Counted from the stretch's first letter, positions 40,331 through 55,220 are shown. The stretch is DNA of 64,000 nt from the human T2T-CHM13v2.0 reference genome, Homo sapiens (GCF_009914755.1 NC_060928.1); one strand, 5' to 3'. The notes: generated by a model from the sequence alone, not told the origin. A program made the numbers and translations.

Positions 40331-42884
40331 AGGATCAGGGATATGTTCTCTTTAAATGAAGTACGGAGGAAAGTTGATGGATATTTTGCCTGAGTATATG
40401 ATACAGAGAAAATATCACTCCATAAAGAAACATTTAAAATAAACTGAATAGCCAGATAGTATTGTCCACTCGAATGAGAAATTGTTATTACAAAATGCCA
40501 TAGATTCAGATATTTTAGCATCCTTATCCTTTATTCTTTGATATACACACAAATAAGTCACCTTCTAAAGGGTATACAGAATGGCACCTTATAACTTCCT
40601 ATGAAGATAAAGCTATCCGCCCAGTGGAAGTATTCCAAAATTAGATGCATCTTACAATTAATGGTGTCTTAGATTTGATGAAATAAGGTGTTTCTCCCTG
40701 GCTCCAAGTGTAGACTTAGGCGGTGCAGTTGTACACCTAGTGCAGCACCAGGGATTCCAGAAAACCAGATGTAGTTTATTGAAGATGACCCCAGAAACAG
40801 AATACATTCTTATGGAATAGAGAATAACATCCACTAATGAATTCTATATTTCAGTGTGGCAATATACTGTTAAGTTATTTTACGTTTGACACCTTTGAGC
40901 GAATGTGAGTGGTATTCCCAGTGGGGCACCCTTTCCTCTTGGGAGTGGGGGAAGGGCACTGCAGGGGGAGCTCTTTTTTCACTAACAATGGCGCTCTTGT
41001 TGATGGCACCAAATGCTGCAGCAGTTTTAATACCTTAGTTAAAATCTGGTAGTTGTTTTTTCCTTTTGATACAAGAAGAAACTCCTGCTAGAGCTAATGT
41101 GAGTCATATACCATAAACATTCAGTGCTCAAATCCCTGTGGGTTTTGAATGCCAAATAACACTGTATACTTACATTTTTAAAAACTGCATCGTAGAATGC
41201 TAGAAAACACATGTTAAGCTCTCTAGTATTAAGGAACACTGTGGTATTTTTTTAAAAAAATACGTACTATAAAGTAAACCATTCATAAATTCCAGTGTAA
41301 TGCCAGTTATGTTAAAATCTTGACTAAGTCATTTAATTCTCATGCATAATCCTGTTTCATTGTTTTAACCCAATAATCAAAAAAGAAAAAAAAAGACTGA
41401 GGGAAAATATATTCGAAAGTACGTGCATACACACAAATATTCACATGTGTTTACATAACCACCTACTTAACAGACCTGGCCTCATTAAAAACACTGAGAT
41501 TTCCAGTAAATCAAAATTGTCTCCAAAATATGTAAGGTTACATGAGACTCATGAAGATGTTAATGTGTATTTCAATCATCCATTAATTCAGAAAAACAAT
41601 AATTTTGTACCTAAATTCTCAGTTGGCATACCATAATCTCTAGAATAATAAAGTTTCAATTCAATTATAATTAGCAGGTTGCAGATAATTCATTCTAAAT
41701 GAAAATAACATTAACACTGGGCAACTTGACAGTAAAAATCAGAAGAATATATTTATGGTAATTTTCTTTGGTTAATATATGCAAATTTTGAGAGAAATTC
41801 TTTTCTCCCTCTTCAAGCATTAAAGCAAGAGGAGCCTTTTTAGTAGAATCCATTACAAAAAAATAAAATTCATAAAATAAAGCAAGGCCAAAGGGAGGAA
41901 GCATTTTACATACCTTACTGTTTGCAAAATCACACAACATCAGCAATAAGTTCAGTATATGTCTATATACTTTGGGAAGTAGTTTTTGCATTGCTCAGCA
42001 CCCTGTATTGCTCTGTTTCTACAGAGAACACTCTAAGAGAACTTTACTGAGCTAAAATTATTGTGAAACACAAAGCTTATGTATATTCTTCATTGTTTCT
42101 GACACCCTAAAAATGAATACTGCCAAAAACGTACTAAGTTCTAACGACAGATTGGAGCAAACAATCGTTAGCATGCTTCGGACTCAACTCTTAGAAAAAC
42201 TCTTTGATCACACTGCCCCACTCCGGTCAAAGACAGAAAATTGGGTTAGCCCTTGAAAAGAGTGTTAGTAACATCACATACAAATTCATGTAAAATGCAT
42301 TTCATTAAAAGATAGTGTTTTCCAAGAGGGCAAAGTATTCAAATATTTTATAATTTACTTTAAAATTTCAAGTAAATGTATCTTTTGCCCCTTAAATTAA
42401 CAATGTACAAGGAAATGCTATTATTAATACTATTTCCATAAAAATATCTATTACAATTCTTGCAAAAATATAACAAAATATTACATTGATATATAATGCC
42501 ATTTGCTATATACAAACGTAAATTTTAAAAGACCGGATTATTAAGGTGAACTAACACGAATAGTTTATATTCATATAATATTCATATTTACATTAGTTCA
42601 GTGTTTCACATGTGAATGGGAATATAAACTATTCATATTAGTTCAGATGGAAAAATTCAGCATGTGCTGTGAATAAGAAACACAGCACTGTAATTTTTGT
42701 AATTATTTTGTTTAAGATAAAAACAGAATATGGTTAAAGTTGCTGAACCTTAGTTGCCAAAACAGCCACAGTGATGTTGAAAAGCAAGTCTAAGAAATTT
42801 ATAAATTCCTAGCCATAGTAATTGTTTACTCCGAAGTCATTTGTCTGGACATAGTGTTTGAAAATAGTAAAAATAGTAACAAAG

Positions 42885-43120
42885 TTAACATATTGACCAT
42901 TTATTGTGTCAGACACTGGTCTAAGCTCTTTACAAGTAATAATTCATTCATACTCATAACAAACTATAATTTAGGCTCTGTTATTATCTCCATATCACAG
43001 ATAAGTAGGGAAATAGAAAGAATTAGTAACTTGTTCAAGGTCACATGGCATAAGTAAATGGTAGTTTTGGATTCAAATCTAGGCAGTCTGACACCAGCAC
43101 CATGCCTCTTCCACTATGCT
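42885..43120 (-). mobile_element. MIR SINE
   Basis: attatctccatatcacagataag..agtaacttgttcaaggtcacatggc..ggattcaaatctaggcagtctgacacc. Confidence 0.8.
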
Positions 43121-43497
43121 ATATATACAGAGGAAATAAAGAACCATTTATCTTCTTCTTCTTCTCAATGTATCTAACTATTATACTCTGAAAGAAATGT
43201 GATGCTTTGTCCATACTTCGATTATCAAGATCAAATCAATAAAGTGTATGTTAATAAGGTGTGTATCACCCTAATATAAATAATAATAAAGTTAATACAA
43301 GCAAATCTTATGTGATATATCTGTATCTTTACAGGTGTATGTGTTTCTGTGTGGATGCAAATGAAAGAAGTATTAGAAATTTGAGATAACTAGCAACTGT
43401 TCATTTTTTCTGAGCCATAACTATTATAAATTACGTCAATTATAATCTTCAATTTCTTTTAAGCATTAAATACCCAGTTTCTGTATTTCTAAATTAC

Positions 43498-43737
43498 CTG
43501 AATCTCTGTCCAGAGCTTCAACCCTGGTAACAAACTCCCCTGGATTTTGGTTTTCTTTCACTGAGGCTTCATACAGGTGCTGCTTAAATACTGGAGCTTC
43601 ATCATTTACATCAAGAACAGTAACTGTCAAAGTCTGGGATGAAGAAAGTGCTGGTGTGCCATCATCCAGTGCCAGAACAGTCAGAATATGCTGAGTTTTC
43701 ATTTCATAATCCAAAGGACAGGTTGTGGTTAGTAAGC
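43498..43737 (-). CDS. DCHS2: DCHS2 coding exon, 240 nt, phase 1-1
   Basis: Acceptor TTCAAAACAG|GC, donor CAG|GTAATT; GLLTTTCPLDYE..DVNDEAPVF..ALDRDS. Confidence 0.96.
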
Positions 43738-44186
43738 CTGTTTTGAAAATGGAAGAAAAGCAACATGTAATGAATATTCTTTAGAGAAGTCATGCTTACT
43801 CCACTTATATCTAACTTGTCTACCTAATAAAAATTCAGAAGTCTTAACTGCTAAAATATGAACTGCATTAAATCATCTTTAAATGTATACACTATCTACA
43901 ATTAAAAGCAAACATTTTTAGTCAGAAAAGTCATCTCAATTTAAATTATATCAAACAAAACAATTCAAGAATAATCAATGTTACGCAATTATCTACTGAG
44001 AGGATTACATTAAAATTCTCTAGCCAACATCTACCTCCCTTTTAAAAAATATCTAGGATACTAACAATATATATCATCTTCATGTCACATAACACCTCAT
44101 GTATAAAAGCGACCAAGTTACAAAAATGTGGGTATGGCTATATTCTTTAAGACGGTTGATTTTTGTTAAAGAATTATGCTCTCTTA

Positions 44187-44637
<451 letters not shown>

Positions 44638-46129
44638 TCAGATGTAATACATACTGGCACACAGATAGCCATTATATGATTCCAATTATCACATTTTTCT
44701 TTTAGGATTGCTGTTTGCTTCTCCCTTTTATAAGAATTTTTCTTGAAATAATGAAAGAAGTTTACGGAATTCTATTTTATAAAATAATTTTTCAATAATT
44801 ACTCATCACTTTATATTTCACAGCCATAGCCACAAAAAACTCACTGTCTTCTTTATAAGAAATATGAGTTTTGTGAGAGAAAAAAATCCCATCTCATATG
44901 AATGCATTTGGCAATTATCATTTTATGTCTTTGAAAAACATCTCCATTGAAACAGTCACTGCAATTACTCAAGAGATTCACATTACCTATATTACCAAAA
45001 CACAAGTTTAATTTTATCCATTCTTTTTAACAATCTGAAATATACCTTTCTTAGCCATCTTGGAACACATTCCAAGTATTACTGAAACAGGTCCTTGGAG
45101 AGCCTCAGCTCTAACAGATATCAGCAGCCTGTGTCTGGACTATTTCTCTGTCAGTTGGGCATTTAGGTGGTGTCCATGCATGCCTCAGAATGAAACCACA
45201 TGTACAAGATTTAATAAATATTTTGATGAAATTTTCCAACGGAATATAGCCAGACTATAATCATGACTTCCAAATCCTCCACATTTAACTCCATTCCAAA
45301 TAATGCTTTTAACTAACAGTTGGGCCAAATGGTGTATATCTGAGATTTTTTTCATTCATGTAGAAATAACTTTATTTTTTAGTGAATAAGATGAGAGTTT
45401 ATTAATTTTTCAATATTCCCTGAAAATCAGGTAGGAGGTTCATTTTTAAAGTCATAAGACTGAAAATTTGTACATTTACTCTTCCATCAAACTACATAAA
45501 AAACATATAATAGATGTTATCTAGCAACATGGTGACAGCAAGACAAGTAAAGTTGAGGGTGAGTGACATTTCTGCAGAGTACCTGACAGTGAATAAATGC
45601 TTCTTCAAAAAAAGAAATGTTACAATTGATGTGAAAAGCAGGGGTCTTAATGTCCAAATGAATTCAGCCATTAAAAATATATATTATTTCCAATATTTAC
45701 GAATACATGTTTGTATAATCTCAAAGATAAATTTCCATACTAAAGTCTTTGAACAATGCTGTTGATTTGTCATACTGCTACCTGATTCACTATTGGTACC
45801 ATATCCTACCCTGCAAGGACTCACAATGGGGGCAAAGAAGTTTTCTGTTGTGTATTCAGCCCATAGTGTCAGCTAGCTACAGAGCATAGTTAATATTAAC
45901 AAACAGGACCATTAAAGTTAGTTCTCCAAATACAAACCCTGTGTCTATTTTATATATATATGTATACGTATATATACGTTATATAAGTATATACATATAT
46001 ACATATATAAGTTAAACAACAGAAGAAGTCAAAAATATTTAAAGCATATGTATCTTAAGAACCATCATTTTAAGAGAAAAAAAAGAAAAAGTTAAATATA
46101 AGCAAGCGATGAGAGGGTTTAATTGAAAG

Positions 46130-48095
46130 TGGCAGGAAGAGAAATGAAAGTCATCCAAATCAGAAAGAAAGAAGTAAAATTATCCCTGTTTGTAGATTAC
46201 ATGATCTTATATATAGAAAATCCTAAAGACTCCACCAAAAAACTGTTAGAACAAATAAATTCAGAAAAGGCAGGATACAAAAATCAGTTGCATTTCTATA
46301 CACTAACAAGGAACTGTCTGAAAAGGAAATTAGAAAAACAATTCCATTGACAATAGCACAAAAAGGAATAAAAGAAAACAGGGATAAAGCTAGCTGAGGA
46401 GGTGAGTACCCTACATATTGAAAGCCACAAAACAATGATGAAAGAAATTAAAGAAGATACAAATGGAAAGACATGTATGTTCATAGAGTGAAAGGTCTAA
46501 TATTATTAAAATGTTCATACTACCCAAACTGATCTACAGATTCAATGCAATCTCTACCAAAATCTCAGTGGCATTTGTTGTAGAAATAGAAAAAAATAAT
46601 ATCGCAATTCAAATGGAATCTCAAAGAACCCCAAAGAGTGAAAATAATCTTGAGGAAGAACAAAGCTGGAGGCATCACACTTCCTGGCTTTGATATATTA
46701 CAAAGCTACCATAATCAAAACAGTATGGTATTGGCATAGGATAAACATTTAGGCCAATGGAACAGAGTAAAGAGCCCAGAAATAAATCCACCCATATATG
46801 GTCAATTGATCTTCAACAAGGTTTCCAATACTACACTTTCGAAAAAGGCTAATTTCTTCAACAAATGATGTGGGGAAACCAGATATCCACATGCAAAAGA
46901 ATGAAGTTGTATCTTTATCTTACACTATACAAAAATAAAACAAAATAAAATGGATTAAAGACTTAAATGTAATACCTGAAACTATAAAGGTCCTACAAGG
47001 AAACACAGAGGGGAAAGCTTTGTGAAGTGGGTCTTGGCAATTATTTCATGGGTAGACAACAAAAACACAGATTACAAATCAAAAATAAACAGGCGGATTA
47101 CATAAAATTAAGAAGCTTCTGCACAGCAAAGAAAAAGGCAACCTATAGAATGGGAGAAAGTATTTGTAAATCATCTATCTGATGAGGGGTTAATATCCAG
47201 AATATATATAAAAAAACTCCTACAACTAAACATAAAAAAACCCTAATTTTAAAATGGACAAAAGACTTGAATAGAAACATCTCCAAAAAAGACATACAAA
47301 TGGCTAACAGGTATATGAAAAAATGCTCCATGGCACTAATTATTTGAGAAATGCAAATCAAAACCACAACGAGATATTGCTTATAGCTGTTAGGATGGCT
47401 GTTACTAAAAAAAAAAAAAAAAAAAAGACAACAAGTATTGGTGAGGGCGTAGAGAAATTGGAACCCTTGTATACTGTTGGTGGGAATTCAAAATGTTACA
47501 GCCACTATGGAAAATAGTATGGATGTTCCTCAAAACATAAAACTATAACTACCATATGGCCCAGCAACTCCACTTTTGGATATTTATACAAAAGAATTGA
47601 AATCAGGATCTTGAAGAGAGAGTAACACACCCATGTTTACTGCAGCACCATCCACAATAGCTAAGATGTGGCAACAACCTAAAAATGTTAATCGGCAGAT
47701 GAATGGATAAAGAAAATGTGGTATGTGCATACACCATTGAAGACAATTCAGCCTTAAAAGAGAAAGACATTCTACAAGATGTGACAGTATGGATAAATCT
47801 TGAGGACATTTTGCTAGGTAAAATAAGCCAGTCACAAAAAGACAAAACTCCATTATTCCATTTACATGAAGTATCTAAAATAGTCTAATTCATGGAATCA
47901 AAGAGTGCAGTGGTGATTGTCAGAGGCTGGATGGAAGGGAAAATGGGAGAAACTAAAGTTTCAGTTAAGCAAGGTAAATAATATCTAGAGATACGCTGTG
48001 CAACATTGAACTCACAGTCAACAACAATGTATTATACACTTAAAACTTTGTTAGGAGGGTGGGTCTCATGTTTTCTTACCACAATAAAATAAAAT
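46130..48095 (+). mobile_element. 5'-truncated old L1 (L1MA10/L1MB1-like), ORF2 3' half plus 3'UTR
   Basis: KEVKLSLFVDYMILYIENPKDSTKKLLE; LPKLIYRFNAI; 3' end ttcttaccacaataaaataaaa about 30 nt from an exon donor. Confidence 0.9.
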
Positions 48096-48126
48096 ATTTT
48101 TAAAAGTGACATATAGGGCACTGTAC

Positions 48127-48970
48127 CTGATGACTCATCTAGCATAAACGTCATGTTTTCATTTCCTAAGAGGATGCTGTATGTTACTTTTCCATTCCTT
48201 CCTTCGTCTGGATCGTGAGCAGTTATGTGGTGGACCAAGGAGCCCACTGTGACATCCTCTTTGACATGGGCATTGGGGAAAGAAATAAAAGTGGGGTTGT
48301 GGTCATTTACATCCAAAATCACTATTTGTGCTGTCAGTGATCTCAGTCGCCGGTCTGTCACATTCACAGCCTGATCAGATGCTGTTACTGTCAGGATGAC
48401 AGTTGGAATGCTTTCTCTGTCAAGACGGGACACAGTGACTAGTGTGCCAAATGAGGGGTGGATGAGAAATGGATTCGTGCCAGGGTTGTGGGATTCAATG
48501 TAGTATTGTATTCTACTGTTCAAAAAACTGCCGTCATCATCTTTGGCATTGAAGACATACACCAGGGTTCCTATGGGAACATTCTCCTCTACACTGATCA
48601 CAATGAGCTCATCCTGGAAAGATGGGGAATGGTCATTCTGATCTTCCACATCGATACTAAGGAAGACTGTGCTACTCAGGGAAAGGTTTTTGCTATGGTC
48701 TGTAGTAATCACTCTGAAAAGATAATGAGATGTCGTCTCATAATCAAGTTCCTTAGAAAGAAACAAGTCTCCGGTTGAGCTGTCTATTTCAAAGTGTCCA
48801 TCCTTATCATCTGCAACAATACTAAAATGTAACTTTCCATTATAATGTTGTTGAAGGTGATCAGATGACTTTATCAAGCTCATTATTTTTGTGGGCTTCA
48901 AATTTTCTGGTATAATTAAATGTCTAATATTCTGAGACATGATTGCTCTCCCTTTGGATAGTGGGATCAC
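48127..48970 (-). CDS. DCHS2: DCHS2 coding exon, 844 nt, phase 0-1
   Basis: Acceptor ATATTTCAG|GTG, donor CAG|GTACAG; LDYE, DQNDHSP, LDRE, DVNDHNP, DPDEGRNG motifs. Confidence 0.97.
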
Positions 48971-50078
48971 CTGAAATATGAATAAAAGAGATATTAATTT
49001 GGGGTATTTTTAAAACAGTTTAATGAATAAATGTAATAATATTATTTTGAAAGCAAATTCCTTCCATGTATGTGATCATATGTTAATTAGTGAGAAAAAT
49101 TTCATTTTTATATTATATAATTCCAGTATGTCTCAGAAGATCAAAAACTGCATAATATTTAGGAGATAACAGCTACAGAATTTTCTATTTCCCAGTTTGC
49201 TGTATTGTGTGAAACAACAGTTTGGTAAAGCCATGTTATAGTTAAGCTGAACTGTAGCCTTGTGATTCTTCAATGGGAATGCAGGGTAGCTAGTTCTCCA
49301 GATTATTTTAAATACTACAGACTGATCTATCCATAATGACAACATCTGTGTACATTTAAGTATCATATGTCTTTGTTTGTCTGAAACAAGAAACTGGAGG
49401 TATGACCATACAGATTTTTCTCTTAACCCACATACCCTTAAGCAGTAAAGAATATAATTTGGAAACAGAGTTCTTGTGGATATATATCCTTGGTTATTGT
49501 ATATACCTGTATTAATATTTCTGATTATCACATGCACACACAAAGAAACTATGCACAGTCATCTTTCTTTGAGTGGTTGGTGTAATTTTTTTCTTACTAT
49601 GGAGACTTCTCACAACTTGTTTGCCCATTATGATTAAAGTAAAGCCTTAAAATATGAATCTGGAGTTACTTTTCTAAATTAAAAAAATTACAAAAATCTA
49701 TGTCATTTATTATATGGCCATTTGTTTACATACAAGTGTCTCCTGCAAATTTACCAGAGCCTTGACATTAGAAATAAGCACAAGAAAAGATACCTTTTGT
49801 CCATTATAAACAAAGCAACATAAATGCCAATATAGTGATGATTATCTTGTCAAGAACTGTACAAAGCTAATTTGCAAAATAATTTGGGTCTAAATCATTT
49901 TTCTAGTGATAGCAAAAAGCTAAGTATGCTATGTGCAATGCTCTCAAAATAGTATTCATGTAACATACATACATATTCATATACATACATATTACATGTA
50001 TCTTCACTCTATAAACTTGTAATGAAAGTCAAATGAAATCTTTAGATGTCCTTCCATATTTTATGGTGACAACATTAC

Positions 50079-50236
50079 CTGAATATTAACAACTGCCTGT
50101 CCTTGAAGAGGAGGCACTCCCTGGTCAGTGGCAATGACACTCATTCTGTAGGAAGGTCTATAATCATATGAAAGTATTGTGGTTGTTCTTATTTCACCAC
50201 TGTTGGCGTCAATCTTAAAGTGATCAGAACTATCTT
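50079..50236 (-). CDS. DCHS2: DCHS2 coding exon, 158 nt, phase 1-0
   Basis: Acceptor TTCTTGTGTGTGTAG|AA, donor CAG|GTAATG; EDSSDHFKIDANSGEIRT..ATDQGVPPL..NIQ. Confidence 0.96.
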
Positions 50237-50990
50237 CTACACACACAAGAAAATTAAGAAATGAATGTTAATTGACAATGCAGAAAACAGAAAATCAATT
50301 AATCCAATATATCGATCATTTGGAAGATTTGTTTGCTTTGAATTCTATGAGAGTATGAACACAAAAATGACACTAAAAATAGACAAGAAACATCACTTTT
50401 TAAAAAGTTTTATTATGGAAAATGCATACAAAAAAGTGGACAAAATGGTATAATAAACTTTCACGAGTCCATCACCTAGCTTCAACAATGATCAGCTCAT
50501 GGCCAATCTTATTTCATCTATTCCCCATGTATATACTTCGCTTCTCCCATTTTTTTTGAAGTAAGTTCCAGAAGTCATATTATTTCTTCTGTATATATTT
50601 CAAAATGCATCTTTAAAAAATAAATATTTTAACACAATCATCACAGTACCATATTATACCTTAAAAATTAATAATGGTTCACAGTATCACCAAATATTCA
50701 GTAAGTTTTCAAATTTTCAACCATCCCATAAATACTCTTTATTTTTCTTGTTTACATTAAGATCAAAATAAAGTCCATATATTGCATATTTCTTTAATCT
50801 ATGGATTCCTGCCACCCATCTCTCTATTTGTCCTTGCAATTTATTTGTTGAATAAACTGGAACTTGTATCCTGACATTTTCCATGATCTAGATTTGCTGT
50901 TGCATCTCCAACGTGTAGCATAATATGTTCCTCTATTCTTATGTTTTCCTTAAATTGGGAGGCAGATCTAGAGAACTGACCAGATTCAGG

Positions 50991-51073
50991 TCAGGATTTT
51001 GTTTGTTTGTTTGTTTGTTTTTTGCACGACTGCTTCCCAAATGCTGTTTTTCCCTTCAGAGGCATATGTCTAG
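50991..51073 (-). CDS. DCHS2: Candidate DCHS2 alternative terminal exon (coding part) giving short isoform
   Basis: T16-GGCAG|CT acceptor; in phase 1 after the 100-nt exon reads ARHMPLKGKTAFGKQSCKKQTNKQTKS*; AATAAA on minus strand at 50845-50840 and 50743-50738; resembles my recollection of the short DCHS2 isoform C-terminus. Confidence 0.75.
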
Positions 51074-51094
51074 CTGCCAAAAAAAAAAAAAAAA

Positions 51095-51243
51095 GATGAA
51101 GTCTCTTTCTGTTACCCAGGCTGGAGCGCAATTGTGCCATGATAGCTCACTGCAGCCTGGAGTTCAGGGTCGCAAGCTATCCTCACACCTTGGCCTCCCA
51201 GATAGCTGGGACTACAGGCATGGGCCAAAAGCTAGTTATTTTT
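51095..51243 (-). mobile_element. AluJ/FRAM right-arm fragment
   Basis: gtctctttctgttacccaggctggag..gctgggactacaggcat. Confidence 0.85.
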
Positions 51244-51312
51244 GATGTTGGCCCCCCACTGATTCACAGCCTAGATCCATTAATTATTCTTTAAGTTTTG
51301 TGAAGTATAATG

Positions 51313-51688
51313 CAAGTTGACATCCCAAATCCAAAAAATATGAGATCCAAAATATTCCAAAATCCAAAACTTTTTGAGTACTGACATGATGCTACAACAA
51401 GAAAAACTCTACGCCTGATTCATCTGATGGATTGCAGTCAAAACACAGTCAAAACTTTGTTTCATGCACAAAGTTATAAAAAATATTGTATAAAATTACC
51501 TTCAGGCTATGCATATAGATGTATATAAAAAATGAATTTCATGTTTAGACTTGGGTCTCATCCCCAAGATATCTCAATATGTATATGCAAATATCCCTCC
51601 CCCCAAAAAAAACCCACCAAAAAAAAAAAATCCAAAAGCTGAAACACTTCTGGTCCCAAGCATTTTAGATTAAGGATACTCAATATGC
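51313..51688 (+). mobile_element. Tigger4b/MER46-like DNA transposon
   Basis: caagttgacatcccaaatcc start and ggtcccaagcattttagattaaggatactcaa end (inverted termini). Confidence 0.8.
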
Positions 51689-53063
51689 ACTGCATTCTGG
51701 TTTATCATCCCTTTTTCATGTATTAGCTGGAATATTTCAATAAATAGAAACTTTCAGAGGAGTTCATTATAAGAAAGGCAGGATAAATGCTTGATGAATT
51801 AAACTTTTATTTAACAGTTTTTGAAATAATGGGTTGGTTCACTAACATCCACCAATGTTCCAACTATGATAAGTAAAATTTTGTCTTGCTTTTGTTTTGG
51901 AAATCGTTAAGCATGATTTAAACATATTAGTTGTATTTCAATATATTGCCATTTTTATCCTTATTGATGCTCAAACTGTCCCATCACCAAACATTGGGAT
52001 CTTCTTAAAGTTGGTTCCCGGGTCTCTTTCCATGATCCTAATAGTGTTTAGTAGCCTCCTTGTAACTGGTATGACAAAATGGTGCAGACTCATCTTGTAG
52101 ATTTCCTGACCATGACCTGACATCATCATTTCTCCAAGGACTCCTGGTTCCTTTGGTGGAAAATGGTTTTGGGAGAACATATTTGGGACATTAGAGGTGC
52201 TCATCGTTTCTGGGTTTGTCATCACTTCTAGGCCTTTTCAGTGCACGGAGAATACACATGCACACATCTATACATTCATATTGATGCTTATAATTTAGAT
52301 TGGTATCATAAGGTTTTGAGTTAAATAACAGATTTGTATTCTTCAATAAAATCTGAACATTTCAAACAGTTCAAACCTCAGACAAGTCTTGAGTAGAAGC
52401 TCCCTTCCATTCTTTAGTTCAACAGTTGCTGAGTCATTACTATGGACCAAATACCTTATCAGTTTTTAGGGACATAAAAGCAAATAAAAAAGAACCCCTG
52501 TCTTCAAGAAACTCATAGCATGGAGCAGGCAATTATGTAACATTTATTAGTTGTGATTTCTATGCTTTAATCCATTGATTTTGTTCTCACAGAAATACTA
52601 TAGAATGCATTCATGAATATGATACATACCTTTATTCCCCTTATACCAATTTTCATCTCATTATTTTACCATATATTTTGTAGTTGCTTCTATTTTACTA
52701 TCAGATAAAAAATTAAGATGGGAATAATGTAATATATATCTCCATATTTTTGTATTGACATGCCTCAATTATCATTTAAAAGCTAATTTATAAAAAAAGA
52801 ATATTTCGATGAACACCAAAGTATCACTTCTTAGACTGATTAATTTTCAATATTTTTTCAATTTTTTCCAAGAAATGGCAGAGTATGAATAAAGGAGTGG
52901 ATCTGTATATAGCTCCAAATCTCATTCCCCTCCTTTTTCCCCGTAGAAAGTCACTTTTATAACTGAAGTTGAGGTTTATCTTTGAAGTCCATACATCCAT
53001 AAATAACATATGCCATGGCTTTGCTTGCTTTTAAATAGTGGTATTATAGCAGGATTATAGCCA

Positions 53064-53090
53064 TGTGTGTGTGTGTGTGTGTGTGTGTGT
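53064..53090. repeat. (TG)n microsatellite
   Basis: Direct reading. Confidence 0.95.
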
Positions 53091-53639
53091 ATTTTCCCTC
53101 TTCACAATCATTGTCCTTCACAGGTACACTATGTTGTCTTCTCCACCCCAAAATAAGACAGGAAAAAAAGATATAAAGATCTTATTGACCTAACTGACCT
53201 CATAGCCAGAGAAAGATTCTTGAATGCATACCTGCAAAGCCAGTTTTTCTTCCACCCAAGGACCAGATTAAAATAAGCTAAGACAACAAAAAGAGAAATT
53301 TGAGAAGTAACAAAAGGGAAGACAAAAAAAGAGGGGGAGAATGGGGAAAGAGTCTCTGAAGGAGGGGACAGCAGGAACACAGAGGAAGGGCTGTCTCCAA
53401 ATGTGGATCTGCTGCAGGCTCACTACCTCTGTATAATCCACCATTCAAGTGTCCTGAGAACTTGGGAAGACATTTATAGGTAAATAAGTTCGGATGGTTT
53501 ATATGGGCATAGAAACATCAGAGAAGAATTTGGCTCCCTGACCATGGAGGTATTGAGAAGAACTGCATATGTAACTTTTCCAAGGAAAAGCAATGCAATG
53601 AACTCAAAGCTGCTGTTTGCGTCAAATTCTTTTTATCTT

Positions 53640-55220
53640 CTGTAAAATCCTTGCCTTCCTTGCTTAACTTTGGATTCAATATTTATCCACACTGCCATGT
53701 ATGAAATTCTATTGTATTCATTTTCATTGCTGTATAGTATTCTGTGAATATACCATATTATGCAGACAACTGAAACAATGCTTCAATGAATATCCTGTTA
53801 CAGTCTCACTCTGCACATATAGAGTTCCTCTAGGGTAACAGAAGTAGAACTGCAAGGGTATAGCATAAGCACATCTCCAGTCTTATCAGATATTGCTTCA
53901 TTGTTCTTCGAAGTCGTCACATCAAGGAGTCTGGGCATGCTTTAAAAACCTTTTTAATTATTCAGGCTTCTTTTCTTTGAGTTGTCTGTTAACATTCTTT
54001 GTCCAATTTTATTATTTATTTACTGGTTTTTCTTACTGGTTTGCAGGAGTTCTTAATAAATTCTGAATACTAATTTTGTATTGGTTACTGGACTATAATT
54101 ATCTTTTCCCAACTTGTGACTTGAATAGTCAAATTGTAAACAATGGCATATTTTGTAGTGTTTTCAATTTTCATTTAGTTTTATTTATCTATTTCTTTGT
54201 GAGCTTCTGCATTTCTTCTTGTTTAAACCGTCTTCTTTATTCTCAATGCCATATATATAACCAGTCTCATATTTTCTTTTGTAAGAGTTAAAGATTTCTA
54301 CATTTAATAAGACTCATCTTTGATATGCTGAGAGTAGAGATATTTTTCCTTGTAGGTAACCGATCATATCAGCATCACGTATTGATAGTCCATCTTTTCC
54401 CCATTTATTTTCTACCCCCTCATATGTCAAGTTTCCGTACGTGTAAAGTGTGACCCCTACTCTTTTTAACTGGCCCATTTATTAATGAGTGAATCAATAC
54501 AATAGTGTTTTAATTATGAAATTTTATAAATTAAGACTGGGTAAGGCCAACTTCCCACTTGTTATTTGGACATTGTCTTAGTTATTCCTTGTCTTTTGCT
54601 CTTCCACATGATGTTTAGAATCAGCTTGTCAAATTCTATCAAAGCCTCATTGAACATTTGATTGAAATCATACTGAATTAATAATGATATTTTTGTTAAG
54701 AATTGTAATCTTTAGGATATTGAGTCTTCCCAAGCATGAACATGATACAGCTTTTCATTTCATTCTTTTATGTCCTTCATTAATATTTTATATTTTTCTG
54801 TATGAAAGTCTTATACAAGTTATATTGGAATTTTTTCTATGCCCCTAATAGAGACAGATCCTATCTGTGTTGTTTTGAAGTTTGTACAGTTTGAGAGGCA
54901 CTCCTTAAGAAAAATAAATTGTCCACTTCCCGCTCCCTGGGGAGGCTATGCAAGTAAAACACCGCAAAACTTAGCTTCATTAGTTTCACAGTAGATCTGC
55001 TCCTACCCCCTTTCATTTTCTTTGTGAATTCACCATAGTGAATGAGATCTTTGGAAACTGCTAAGTTTTAAAAATACCAGTGAGTTTCGTATGTTGACAT
55101 TATTCTCAGAAAATTGGCTATTTTATTAATTCCAATGGGTTGCCTATAGCATCTCTTGGGTTTTCCATGCAGACAATCAAACTATCTGTGGGAAAGGGCA
55201 ATGTTATCTCTTCTTTCCTA
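53640..55220 (-). mobile_element. Highly decayed L1ME-like fragments
   Basis: tagaatcagcttgtcaaattc, ttgagtcttcccaagcatgaacatg; ORF-track remnant LIVCMENPRDAIGNPLELIK. Confidence 0.65.

Larger units (their letters stand above)
50400..52260 (-). mobile_element. Old L1 3'-end remnant (L1MC/L1ME-like) hosting younger insertions
   Basis: tttattatggaaaat..ccatcacctagcttcaacaatgatcagctcatggccaatctt and catttctccaaggactcctggttcctttggtgg; limits approximate. Confidence 0.6.
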
